Source of the DNA: Patescibacteria group bacterium
Lineage (GTDB): Bacteria; Patescibacteriota; Minisyncoccia; Portnoybacterales; GWB1-42-6
DNA length: 64,000 bases
Direction: 5' to 3'
NCBI GenBank assembly: GCA_022709865.1
Contig: JAKLIA010000002.1
Coordinates: 146,183-210,182 of the forward strand
Shown here: in pieces, positions 1-8,419 of the stretch
Layout of the letters: every line of letters begins with the position of its first letter
Numbering within the stretch: position 1 is the stretch's first letter
Made by a program: the position numbers and the translations under genes
Notes under the pieces: generated by a model
The model's database searches: none
What the model saw: only the letters and a program-made list of their open reading frames with translations
What the model was told of the DNA's origin: nothing

Positions 1-465
1 ATTTTTATATTTTTCCCGCAGCTCCCTTCCTCTTTCTTCTCTTTTCTGTGATATTTCTTGTAGCTGCTGGTTTATCTTATCATCTCTTTTTTTCGACGAC
101 CACATATATGGCGACTTTATTTTTTGAAGCATTTCTAAATATTGCCTATCTACTTGCTCCTTTATGTCTCTTTGCCATGGGTCTTCATACGTTTCTATTA
201 CTTTTAATTCCGCCAATTCTTTTTCTTGTTCTGTTTCTACCGATCGCCCTAGTCGCTCTTTTTTTTCATCTGTCTCCCCTCTCTCTATTTTTAATCTTTT
301 TTCTTCTGCCTCAATTTCTTCCAGAGTATAAAAGTCTCGCTCAAAACCAGGCATAAATTGCTTTCTATACATTTCGTTCTGCTCCTTTTTTGAACGAGTT
401 AATCCCCAAATTATCACCCCCAATAAAGCTACTATGAAAAAAAATATAAATTCACTATTGTTCAT
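1..465 (-). CDS. Partial hypothetical protein (N-terminal TM helix, charged coiled-coil region); C-terminus runs off window start
   Basis: Minus-strand frame open from ATG at 465..463 (MNNSEFIFFFIVALLGVIIWGLTRSKKEQ...) to position 1; not in ORF track because no stop in window; opposite-strand ORF 48..356 is low-complexity. Confidence 0.4.
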   Translation of the reverse strand, partial: MNNSEFIFFFIVALLGVIIWGLTRSKKEQNEMYRKQFMPGFERDFYTLEEIEAEEKRLKIERGETDEKKERLGRSVETEQEKELAELKVIETYEDPWQRDIKEQVDRQYLEMLQKIKSPYMWSSKKRDDKINQQLQEISQKREERGRELREKYKN

Positions 466-630
466 AAGTTTATTTACACAGAAAAGGCGTCAAATACCAT
501 TTTTTTGCTTTACGCTAAATAAAAACCGGCGCAAACTAAATTGCGCCGGTTTTGATGGTGATTATTTTAATTGAATTATTCTTTTGGATAGTTATTTTAT
601 GCTCTCTCATCGTTTGAACCTATCCTCTTA

Positions 631-704
631 TGGCACGGGATAGAGGAATCGAACCTCTGCCAACGGTTTTGGAGACCGTAGTACTACCACTATACTAATC
701 CCGC
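631..704 (-). tRNA. tRNA-Trp (anticodon CCA)
   Basis: Cloverleaf read by eye: acceptor GCGGGAT/ATCCCGT, anticodon stem ACGGT/ACCGT with loop CTCCAAA, T-arm GAGGTTCGATTCCTC, CCA encoded. Confidence 0.85.
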
Positions 705-709
705 GTATT

Positions 710-961
710 TTATTTTAATCCTAGTCTTTTCATCAACGCCATGTAAACTGAACCACTACCTTTTATTCCCTTTTCTCTTTTCAGCGCTAAATATTTATTG
801 TTATACGCTTCGTAATATATAAGCGTCGGATTTTTATCTTTCGTAGTTTTCGTTTCACCAGCTAAATGCTGTTTCATTCTCTCTTTTAAGTCAGAAGTGC
901 AGCCAATATAAAAATCCTTATTTTTTATACCTTCCAGCCTTAATAGATAAACATAATACAT
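710..961 (-). CDS. Small GIY-YIG nuclease family protein (YhbQ/UPF0213-like)
   Basis: YVYLLR...DFYIGCTSDLKERMKQH matches GIY-YIG motif of small stand-alone URI-domain proteins; 83 aa. Confidence 0.7.
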   Translation of the reverse strand: MYYVYLLRLEGIKNKDFYIGCTSDLKERMKQHLAGETKTTKDKNPTLIYYEAYNNKYLALKREKGIKGSGSVYMALMKRLGLK

Positions 962-964
962 TAA

Positions 965-1030
965 GGTTTTGGAGACACACGTCAGTCGCGACTAACGGGT
1001 GGGCCCGTAGTGCTACTATAAAATCCCGTC
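965..1030 (-). pseudogene. tRNA-Trp-like 5' fragment (acceptor, D-arm, anticodon arm with 28-nt insertion in anticodon stem); no T-arm or 3' acceptor
   Basis: Minus strand GACGGGATTTTATAGTAGCACTACGG[GCCCACCCGTTAGTCGCGACTGACGTGT]GTCTCCAAAACC aligns to 5' half of tRNA-Trp at 631..704 including identical anticodon loop; sequence then runs into start codon of GIY-YIG gene. Confidence 0.45.
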
Positions 1031-1056
1031 CCGTCAGTCGCGACTGACGGGACGGT
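1027..1056. repeat. Perfect 30-bp palindrome ccgtcccgtcagtcgcgactgacgggacgg; imperfect second copy of the core at 980..998
   Basis: Reverse complement identical over 30 bp; core GTCAGTCGCGACTGAC also at 981..996 as gtcagtcgcgactaac. Confidence 0.7.
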
Positions 1057-1277
1057 CGCCCGCTAGGCGAAGTTATTTATTTCTTCAATTCCTTATGAAT
1101 TGTGTGCTTGCCGCACCATGGGCAATTCTTTTTCAATTCAATTTTCCGTTCAACTTTGCGCTTATTTTTGCGAGTCCAATGATTGATGCGTTTGCATTCT
1201 TTGCACTGCAATTTAAGTATATTGTCTTGGGACATAAAATTAAGTTTTTAGTTTATAGTTATTATTTTTTGTTTAAC

Positions 1278-1315
1278 CCAGATCCTTCGCTCCTCTCAGG
1301 ATGACGCTTCGCGTC
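1278..1315 (-). repeat. GTCATCCTGAG-AGCGAAGGATCTG motif copy (minus orientation) plus small palindrome gacgcttcgcgtc, immediately 3' of CDS 1314..1835
   Basis: Reverse complement reads GTCATCCTGAGAGGAGCGAAGGATCTGGG, near-identical to 40714..40742 GTCATCCTGAGTGAAGCGAAGGATCTGAAG. Confidence 0.45.
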
Positions 1316-1835
1316 AATTTTTTTTCACCCATCGACCAGAGTCTTGGCTATATTCGTATAAAATTAGGCTCCGCCCAGAAGTATCGTCTTGCCCGCTTTG
1401 CAGCATCCAGCCGGATTCACCGGGCGTGAAATAAGCTTTTTGCGTATAACTTATTTTATCCGGAGCCTGCGAAGTATCGGCTAAAAGGAATAATTCGCGC
1501 AAGATATGACCGTCTTCATATTCAACATAAAAACTGTTATTGGAGCCATCCACAAACCAGAATCTATCAACAAACCACTTGCCCCCTAAAACCGGCGCCT
1601 CCGGCGACAAGCTGGCTATCTTAGCTGCCACATCCTCCATCACTATATCCCGTTCTCCTTTCTCCCCCGGCAAAACGCTGCTAGTGGCCCCAGGCGAAGC
1701 GGTAGCGGTTGAAGGAACCGTCTGCACTTCTTCTTGCCAAGACCATTTGCCGTATTTTTGCCAATACAAAAGAATAGCGCCAACTAAGACAAAAAGCAAA
1801 ATTATTAAAATGATGACTTGTTTTTTGGAAAACAT
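1314..1835 (-). CDS. Hypothetical membrane-anchored protein
   Basis: 173 aa ORF, N-terminal hydrophobic helix, no recognised motif. Confidence 0.5.
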   Translation of the reverse strand: MFSKKQVIILIILLFVLVGAILLYWQKYGKWSWQEEVQTVPSTATASPGATSSVLPGEKGERDIVMEDVAAKIASLSPEAPVLGGKWFVDRFWFVDGSNNSFYVEYEDGHILRELFLLADTSQAPDKISYTQKAYFTPGESGWMLQSGQDDTSGRSLILYEYSQDSGRWVKKN

Positions 1836-1856
1836 ATTTTTATTTCATCCCCCCGG

Positions 1857-1929
1857 AGCCGATGTCCGGATTTGAACCGGAGACCTACTCCTTACCATGG
1901 AGTTGCTCTACCAGCTGAGCTACATCGGC
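1857..1929 (-). tRNA. tRNA-Thr (anticodon GGU)
   Basis: Acceptor GCCGATG/CATCGGC, D-arm TAGCTCAGCTGGTAGAGC, anticodon stem ACTCC/GGAGT loop ATGGTAA, T-arm CCGGTTCAAATCCGG. Confidence 0.85.
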
Positions 1930-1945
1930 TCTGGAGGGACGAAAA

Positions 1946-2977
1946 CTATTTTTCCGGGTATGCCTCTGCTACCTGCTTATCCTTTCCTTCAAAAAACTTC
2001 CTCACTGGCGCAAGGATTTCGGCTAATTCCCTGCTAAGCGCTTTTTTCAAATCCTGCGGATGCAAAGCCTTGTCAATAAAATCTTTTTCCAGCTCCGCGT
2101 AGGTTTTATATTCCTTGTTCCCCCCAAACTTCTCTGGGCGCTCCACCAAGAAAGTCTGGCCGTTATCCTCCTTTAAAACCATTAAAACGTACTTCATAAA
2201 TACCATAATTCCGTTATCTTGCAAATCCCCCTCCGGGCAATAAGCCTTATTCAGCTTAGCGGCGATCTGTTCGGCACTATCCAATAGATCTATTTTTGAA
2301 CCGGCTTCCGACGCGCTCATCTTGCCGCCGGAAATCCCCGGCAACATCGGCGTCATAATGGCAATCCGCTTCTCTTGCCCGATTTTCGGATGCGATTCGC
2401 GCGCAAAACCCAATATCTTTCGCTGGTCCACTCCGCCATATTGGATATCCGCGCCAAGATGCTCTTCGTCCAAAGTTTGCATTAAAGGATATAAAAATCC
2501 GCCGAGCTTTGGCGCATCGCCAAACTTAACCACTTCCGCGGCTGCGTGCTTGGCGCGATCCGCGCTAACCTGTGCGGCCAAGCGGTATAGGTCTAAAGAA
2601 TATTCTTTACTCAACTGATAATCACTGCCTTTCACAAACTCAATTTTGGAAATATCTGCGCCCAAGGCTTGATATAAAGCGCCCAACTCCTGCTTATAAA
2701 ACTCAACCCGTTTATCCAGCAGTTCCATCGGGCTTTTGGCATTATCCAAATGCGCGTGCAAATCCGCCAACAAAATCTTCACTTTCAAGCCAGCATTAAC
2801 AAAATCCTTAATTTTCATCGCCGGTATCATATAGCCGATATGCGGCCGCCCGGTTGGCGCATAACCTAAATAAACCACCGGTTCAGCTTTCTTTTTCAAA
2901 AGCTCAACCAGTTCTTCGTTAGTCAAAACCTCTTCCGTGTTGCGCGTGATTAAATTAAGTTTTTGGTCTTCAGCCAT
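1946..2977 (-). CDS. tyrS: Tyrosyl-tRNA synthetase, archaeal/eukaryotic type (short class I, no S4 domain)
   Basis: HIGH-like PHIGY, KMSAS, GGVDQRK; near-colinear with M. jannaschii TyrRS (IKRNTSEI.., KKAYCP, RPEKFGG, LHPMDLKNAVAEELIKILEPIRK vs LHPQDLKKALSRELAEILAPVRK); 343 aa. Confidence 0.85.
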   Translation of the reverse strand: MAEDQKLNLITRNTEEVLTNEELVELLKKKAEPVVYLGYAPTGRPHIGYMIPAMKIKDFVNAGLKVKILLADLHAHLDNAKSPMELLDKRVEFYKQELGALYQALGADISKIEFVKGSDYQLSKEYSLDLYRLAAQVSADRAKHAAAEVVKFGDAPKLGGFLYPLMQTLDEEHLGADIQYGGVDQRKILGFARESHPKIGQEKRIAIMTPMLPGISGGKMSASEAGSKIDLLDSAEQIAAKLNKAYCPEGDLQDNGIMVFMKYVLMVLKEDNGQTFLVERPEKFGGNKEYKTYAELEKDFIDKALHPQDLKKALSRELAEILAPVRKFFEGKDKQVAEAYPEK

Positions 2978-3090
2978 TAAATATATTATAACCTATTTTT
3001 TAGCAGCATTTCAAGGCTCTTGTTTTACCTCGCTTAATTCATAAAAAATGCGTGTTATAATAAAAAATAATTAATAATAAAATTAAAATT

Positions 3091-3402
3091 ATGGCTTGCT
3101 TTATTGCCCCCGCCGCTGCGGCTATTGCTGCCACGGCTATTAAAAAAAGAATGCCCAGTTGCTGGCATTTTGGCAAATTAACTTTAATGCTTTGGGGCGG
3201 GGTTTTAATGCTATTAGTTGACCATGCTGCTACCGGTGAAATTATCCCCTATTTCCCGTTTTTTACCCGAAGCTGGAACGAAATATGGCCGGAAATCATA
3301 AAGATTGGCCTGCCAATGACCTTATTGATTTTTGCCGTTTGGGGAGGAATAATTTTATATTCTAATTTTAAAAATAAACCTGTAATATTAGAAAATAAAT
3401 AA
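3091..3402 (+). CDS. Hypothetical small membrane protein
   Basis: 103 aa ORF with hydrophobic segments; followed by terminator. Confidence 0.35.
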   Translation: MACFIAPAAAAIAATAIKKRMPSCWHFGKLTLMLWGGVLMLLVDHAATGEIIPYFPFFTRSWNEIWPEIIKIGLPMTLLIFAVWGGIILYSNFKNKPVILENK

Positions 3403-3420
3403 AGTTTTTATAGCAAAATA

Positions 3421-3448
3421 AAAACCGCCCTAACTAGGGCGGTTTTTT
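3421..3448. terminator. Bidirectional rho-independent terminator between convergent genes
   Basis: aaaaccgccctaactagggcggtttttt: GC stem ccgccc/gggcgg flanked by A-run and T-run. Confidence 0.6.
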
Positions 3449-3450
3449 AT

Positions 3451-4377
3451 TTATCTGTTCACAAAAAATTCAACCAAAACAAAAAATACCCAAAAAGAAA
3501 GCAATAAAAAGCCTTCCTTTTTCGTTAATATCCTTCCCGATCTAAGAAAATAAAACAAAACAAAAGATGCCACCACCATAAAAGCACCAGTTACATAAAT
3601 AATCTTTAAAGGAAAGGAGAAAGGATTAATTAATGCCAGCAAACCCACCACAATGGTGGCGTCAGCCAAAACAGTTCCTAAAATATCGCCAACTGCCAAA
3701 GAATCATCATGCCTTTTAACGCATTTCAAAGAGAAGAATAATTCTGGTAGAGCCGTGCCAACACCAACAACTAGCATACCAATTAATATCGGATTAATTT
3801 TAAAAAACTCAGCCAAATTCGTAGCCGAAGAAACCACAAAATGAGAGCCAAACAATAAAATGAACATACTAAAAATTAATAAAATAAAGTTTTGTAATCT
3901 ATGATTTTTACTGTAAGTTTCTTTATTTTTAAGACCACCCCTCAAAGTCATATAATAAAAAGCCGCACCGGCTATAATAAGGGCAAAACCCTCTAGGCGA
4001 GAAAAATTTCCATTTAATCCTAAAACTAACGGCAAAAGAAGAAAAAAAGGATAAACAACATGATTTTTTAAAATTTTGCTTTCAACTTTAATCTCCCGGC
4101 CGGCCCAAAAAATAATCAAAGCGAAAACTAATGTTAAATCAACAATATTAGAACCAAAAAGAATCCCCAGCCCAAACGAAGATAAATTTTCAACGGCAGA
4201 GTTAATCGCTATGAATGTCTCAGGCAAAATAGAAATAATTGCCACCACAACAAAACCAACTAAATATTTTGATAATCTAAAACCCTCTGCCAACCGCGCT
4301 GCATATTTTGTAGCCATAGTGGCTCCATTAATAACCAGCCAAAAAGCTGCAAAAAAAATAAATAAATTACTTGTCAT
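3451..4377 (-). CDS. Na+/Ca2+ (CaCA family) antiporter, YrbG-like
   Basis: Two alpha-repeat signatures (ILPETFIAI and GTALPELFFSL), ~10 TM, 308 aa. Confidence 0.7.
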   Translation of the reverse strand: MTSNLFIFFAAFWLVINGATMATKYAARLAEGFRLSKYLVGFVVVAIISILPETFIAINSAVENLSSFGLGILFGSNIVDLTLVFALIIFWAGREIKVESKILKNHVVYPFFLLLPLVLGLNGNFSRLEGFALIIAGAAFYYMTLRGGLKNKETYSKNHRLQNFILLIFSMFILLFGSHFVVSSATNLAEFFKINPILIGMLVVGVGTALPELFFSLKCVKRHDDSLAVGDILGTVLADATIVVGLLALINPFSFPLKIIYVTGAFMVVASFVLFYFLRSGRILTKKEGFLLLSFWVFFVLVEFFVNR

Positions 4378-4401
4378 AAACTTTCTTTTATTTATTGCTC
4401 A

Positions 4402-7092
4402 TTAATTTACATCAGGCACTAAGCTTAAACGACTTTTAAAAATTTTAATTTTAAATAATTCTATTAGAACTATTTCAACTAGACTAACCATCAAAATAAA
4501 GACCCACTCAACTAAACCGAGTGACTGTGTGGATAAAACTTTTTGCAAAAATGGCAGATAAATAGCGCCTAAAAGAAATATCAGCGAAAGAATAATTGCG
4601 CCGGTCAAATATCGATTAGAAAAAACATCTTTTCTAAAAATAGCCTGCTTAAAAGAACGCACGCTCAAAGAGAAAAGCAAAGAATCAAGGCACATAAGAG
4701 CAAATACTATTGTCCTGGCTTTTTCTAAATCTCCCGTTGATTTTAGAAGAATAAAAAAAGTTAGAAAGGCCGCTATGCCTGTAATAAAGAAAATGGCCGC
4801 CATCCAAAGCCTTAAGGGCTTATTCAGTATGGGTTCGTTCGGATCCCGAGGCCTCTCGTTCATAACTCCTTCTGTTTCTTGTTCGGTTGTTAAAGCAATA
4901 TCCGGAAAACCATCCTCAACCAGGTTTATCCAAAGGATCTGGGCAGCTATTAAAGGCAACGGCAAACCCATTATCATGCAAGCCAAGAACAAAAATAGCT
5001 CTGAAAAATCATCTGCCACAAGATAAACAAAAACCTTTCTTATGTTCCCTAAAACTACTCGGCCCTGTTCTATTGCCTTTACTACTGTTTTAAAATTATT
5101 ATCCAGCAAAACAAGGTCCGCTACTTCTTTAGCAACATCAGTGCCCGAACCCACCACAACGCCTATATCAGCCGCTTTAAGGGCCGGGGCATCGTTCACA
5201 CCGTCACCAAACATAGCTACTACTTCCCCGTTTACCTGCAACGACTTAACAATTCTTAATTTATGCTGCGGCAAAACACGCGCAAAGATGGTTACATGTT
5301 TTATTTTTTCTTTTAGATCAGCGTCGCTAATATTTTCCAATTCTTTACCTTCAATAATATTCTCCTCTCCAGTCGCCAAGCCTATTTCTTCGGCAATTGC
5401 TTTGGCTGTAAGCTTATGATCACCCGTCACAATTATAGTGCGAATACCGGCTTTTTTAGTGGTAAGTATAGACTCTCTAGCGTCTTGACGGAGCGGATCT
5501 TTAATGGCTATAAAACCAACCAATGAAAGCCCGTCGGCCAATTCCATTAAGTTTTGATATTTTGTTTGCAAATCATATTCTCTATGCGCGCACGCTAAAA
5601 CCCGCAAACCCTTCTTAGTGAGCGCCTCCATTTTAGATATTAATTTATTTTCTTCAGCCAACCCTATCTTTTCTTTCCGCCCATCAATATCTAGACTGGT
5701 GCAACGGGCAATAATTTCTTCCGGCGCGCCAACAGCAAAAAAAACATTTTGCTCCCCATTTTTTTTATGATATGTAGCAGCGAACTTATATTCTGATTCA
5801 AAACTTATCCTATCCAACAAGGGATAGTTTTTTTCAAGTTCTCTCTTACTTAAACCAGACTGCATTCCTGCCAAAAGCAAAGCTCTTTCAGTCGGCCGAC
5901 CCCTAACTATCCATTCCTGCAATTCCGCATCCGGATTTTCCACAAAAGCATCGTTCGCTAGAGTGGCAATTTTTAAAGCCGAAATATGAGACTCAACTCC
6001 ATTGGCGTTTTCACCTTTAGCCAACCCATGAATATCTTCGCTCATTAATTCTTTGGTAGTTGTTAAAATATGACTTACTTTCATTTCACCTTCAGTAAGA
6101 GTGCCTGTTTTATCAGTACAAATAACTGTTATGCTTCCTAGAGTTTCCGTGGCGGAAAGCTTTCTCACTAATCCCTTCTGCTTCAAAATACGCCTCATCC
6201 CCAAAGCCAGAATAACGGTTATAGCAGGAAGCAATCCCTCGGGAATAGCTGAAACTGTTAGGGCTAGTGAAGATATAAAAATATCAATAAAAGACTTTCC
6301 CGTAAAATAACCGACAATAACTATAGCCAGAACAACTAAAAGAACAAAACCGCCTGTTAATTTTGAAAGTGAAGCAATTTTTTTCTGAAAAAGAGTTTTG
6401 CGTTCCTGAGTCTTTTTAAGCAAAGAGACCACTCCGCCAAGCTGAGTATTTATGCCGGTTGAAACTACAATTATGGTTCCCCGGCCCTCTTCCACAATGG
6501 TCCCCATAAAAACCACATTTTTTATTTCAGAGATCGGCGCAGATTCCAAAATCCCTTCGCTAGCCATTTTTTCAACTCCCTGCGACTCTCCTGTTAAGCT
6601 AGCTTCGTTTATTTTAAGTTCTTTGGCCTCAATAACGCGTCCGTCTGCCGGAACTTTGTCTCCGGCTTTTAAGAAAACGACATCTCCTATTACCAATTCC
6701 TCACTGTCAATTTCTTTTTCATACCCATCGCGCAGAACCTTAACTCTGATCTTTACCATTTTTCTTAAAGCCAGCAGAGATCTATTGGCTTTATTTTCCT
6801 GAAAAAAGCCAACAGCAATATTGATCACTAATACAATAAAAATAAAAATCGCGTCTGAGTAGCGTTTTAACAGAAAAGAGATAACTACCGTTGACAGCAT
6901 TATGTATATTAAAGAGCTGTTGAATTGGCTAAGGAGCAATCTTATTTTTGAATAAGGCCTTTCTTGCGGCAAAAGATTGCGCCCCAAACGCTCAAGCCGG
7001 GTCTGCGCCTCTTGCTCGCTCAAACCGTTCCGGCTACCGCCTATATCATTAAAAATATTTTCTAGTTGCGAAGCGTGCCAAAGTTTTTTCAT
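4402..7092 (-). CDS. Cation-transporting P-type ATPase (type II, Ca2+-ATPase-like)
   Basis: ICTDKTGTLT phosphorylation motif, TGES-like TGESQG, GDGVNDAPAL hinge motif, 896 aa. Confidence 0.85.
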   Translation of the reverse strand: MKKLWHASQLENIFNDIGGSRNGLSEQEAQTRLERLGRNLLPQERPYSKIRLLLSQFNSSLIYIMLSTVVISFLLKRYSDAIFIFIVLVINIAVGFFQENKANRSLLALRKMVKIRVKVLRDGYEKEIDSEELVIGDVVFLKAGDKVPADGRVIEAKELKINEASLTGESQGVEKMASEGILESAPISEIKNVVFMGTIVEEGRGTIIVVSTGINTQLGGVVSLLKKTQERKTLFQKKIASLSKLTGGFVLLVVLAIVIVGYFTGKSFIDIFISSLALTVSAIPEGLLPAITVILALGMRRILKQKGLVRKLSATETLGSITVICTDKTGTLTEGEMKVSHILTTTKELMSEDIHGLAKGENANGVESHISALKIATLANDAFVENPDAELQEWIVRGRPTERALLLAGMQSGLSKRELEKNYPLLDRISFESEYKFAATYHKKNGEQNVFFAVGAPEEIIARCTSLDIDGRKEKIGLAEENKLISKMEALTKKGLRVLACAHREYDLQTKYQNLMELADGLSLVGFIAIKDPLRQDARESILTTKKAGIRTIIVTGDHKLTAKAIAEEIGLATGEENIIEGKELENISDADLKEKIKHVTIFARVLPQHKLRIVKSLQVNGEVVAMFGDGVNDAPALKAADIGVVVGSGTDVAKEVADLVLLDNNFKTVVKAIEQGRVVLGNIRKVFVYLVADDFSELFLFLACMIMGLPLPLIAAQILWINLVEDGFPDIALTTEQETEGVMNERPRDPNEPILNKPLRLWMAAIFFITGIAAFLTFFILLKSTGDLEKARTIVFALMCLDSLLFSLSVRSFKQAIFRKDVFSNRYLTGAIILSLIFLLGAIYLPFLQKVLSTQSLGLVEWVFILMVSLVEIVLIELFKIKIFKSRLSLVPDVN

Positions 7093-7117
7093 TATATACT
7101 TATTGCTTAATTATTAT

Positions 7118-8287
7118 TTATCCTTCTATTTCTTTTTCCTTGCTTTTTAGCCTAATAACTTCTTTATAAAAATAAATCATTTTTTCCGCCATTAATTCAC
7201 TGCGAAAATTTAACGAAGAATTTTGCGCCTCGCTTGCCATTTTTTCTCTTAGTTCTTTTTGAGAGAGCAGATTTTTTATACAATCGATGGCTTCTTTTTG
7301 ATCATTTACGATATAACCGTTGAAACCATTTTTTATGACTTCAGCAGCAACTCCAACCGGATAAGCCACCGGAATCAGCCCCTGCGACATCCCTTCTATT
7401 AAACTCAAGGAAAAACCCTCATAACGAGATGGCAAGAAAAGAATGCTTCCCTTTAAATTATTTAAAATATTAGGTATTAAATCTTTTTTAAAATTAACGA
7501 ATAAGTCTTGTTCTTTTATATTTTCTCTCATCCATTCTTTTAGTTTTTTATTAGATGTCATGCAAATAGTCACTTTTTTGATTGTTGGAAATTTTCTATA
7601 TAAATGAACGAGGCGATCTACTCCTTTTAACTTTAAAGTAAAGACATCTTTTCCTATTCTACCCAAAAAAACCAATTTGGGAATTGGATTAAAATTATTG
7701 CCTGTATTTTCATACCAATAGTCTTCGATGGCGTTATGTATAACCGTTATTTTTTCTTCTTTTGCCCCTATTTGCATCAATTCTTCCTTTACTTTTTGAG
7801 ATGTAGCGATTATTGCATCAACTCTTGAGGCAACATATTTTTCTATTTCAGCTATATCTCGTAATGGGCGCCTTGTTTTTACATTAACTTCATCTATAAT
7901 TTTTTTATTTTTTAATTCATACCAGATACTTTTTGTTTCTTTTTCTATATTCTTGGCTAAGGGCACACTATTTATAAACTGCCTAGTCGACGAGCCAAAA
8001 TGACTAACCGTTGGAATATCATAAGCCAAAAAAGGTAAAGGAGTGTAAGTTGTCCCCTGAACTAAATCATACTTAAATATTTCCTTTCTATGTTCCAAAA
8101 GAGAATAGAAAAAAAGTATATTAGCCAACCCTTTTAGGGACTGCTCAGAATCCTTTATAAGGGGCACTTTCGGATAAAAATTTTTAGACACTACCCCGGT
8201 ATTTTTTAATTTTATGCTTATTAAATCGTTTATATAATGTGCCCCTGTTGCAATTTTTTTATCGCTATGAATTAAGGCTATTTTCAT
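7118..8287 (-). CDS. Glycosyltransferase family 4 (GT-B fold)
   Basis: EGFSLSLIEGMSQGLIPVA motif (E-x7-E region of GT4), 389 aa. Confidence 0.7.
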   Translation of the reverse strand: MKIALIHSDKKIATGAHYINDLISIKLKNTGVVSKNFYPKVPLIKDSEQSLKGLANILFFYSLLEHRKEIFKYDLVQGTTYTPLPFLAYDIPTVSHFGSSTRQFINSVPLAKNIEKETKSIWYELKNKKIIDEVNVKTRRPLRDIAEIEKYVASRVDAIIATSQKVKEELMQIGAKEEKITVIHNAIEDYWYENTGNNFNPIPKLVFLGRIGKDVFTLKLKGVDRLVHLYRKFPTIKKVTICMTSNKKLKEWMRENIKEQDLFVNFKKDLIPNILNNLKGSILFLPSRYEGFSLSLIEGMSQGLIPVAYPVGVAAEVIKNGFNGYIVNDQKEAIDCIKNLLSQKELREKMASEAQNSSLNFRSELMAEKMIYFYKEVIRLKSKEKEIEG

Positions 8288-8419
8288 TATTTTTTTATTA
8301 TCTGTTTACTTCTGTTTGTATAATTTTACCACTAAAAAAATAATAAAAATAGGTTTATCAAAAAAATAAAAAAAACCGCCCCGCACATAGCCCCTCGGAA
8401 CGGTTTTTTTATTTCTATT

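Noticed and set aside
48-356. Plus-strand 102-aa ORF rich in L/F/P
   Set aside because: Low-complexity translation of T-rich DNA. The opposite strand carries a more protein-like open frame running off the window (1..465).
710-961. GIY-YIG ORF as an intron-encoded homing endonuclease splitting tRNA-Trp
   Set aside because: - The downstream tRNA-Trp is complete rather than a 3' exon.
- The protein matches the small housekeeping YhbQ/UPF0213 GIY-YIG family, not I-TevI-like homing enzymes. The locus is kept as a finding in another form.
1095-1304. 69-aa plus-strand ORF
   Set aside because: Hydrophobic low-complexity translation of an AT-rich intergenic region with no RBS; overlaps the GTCATCCTGAG motif.
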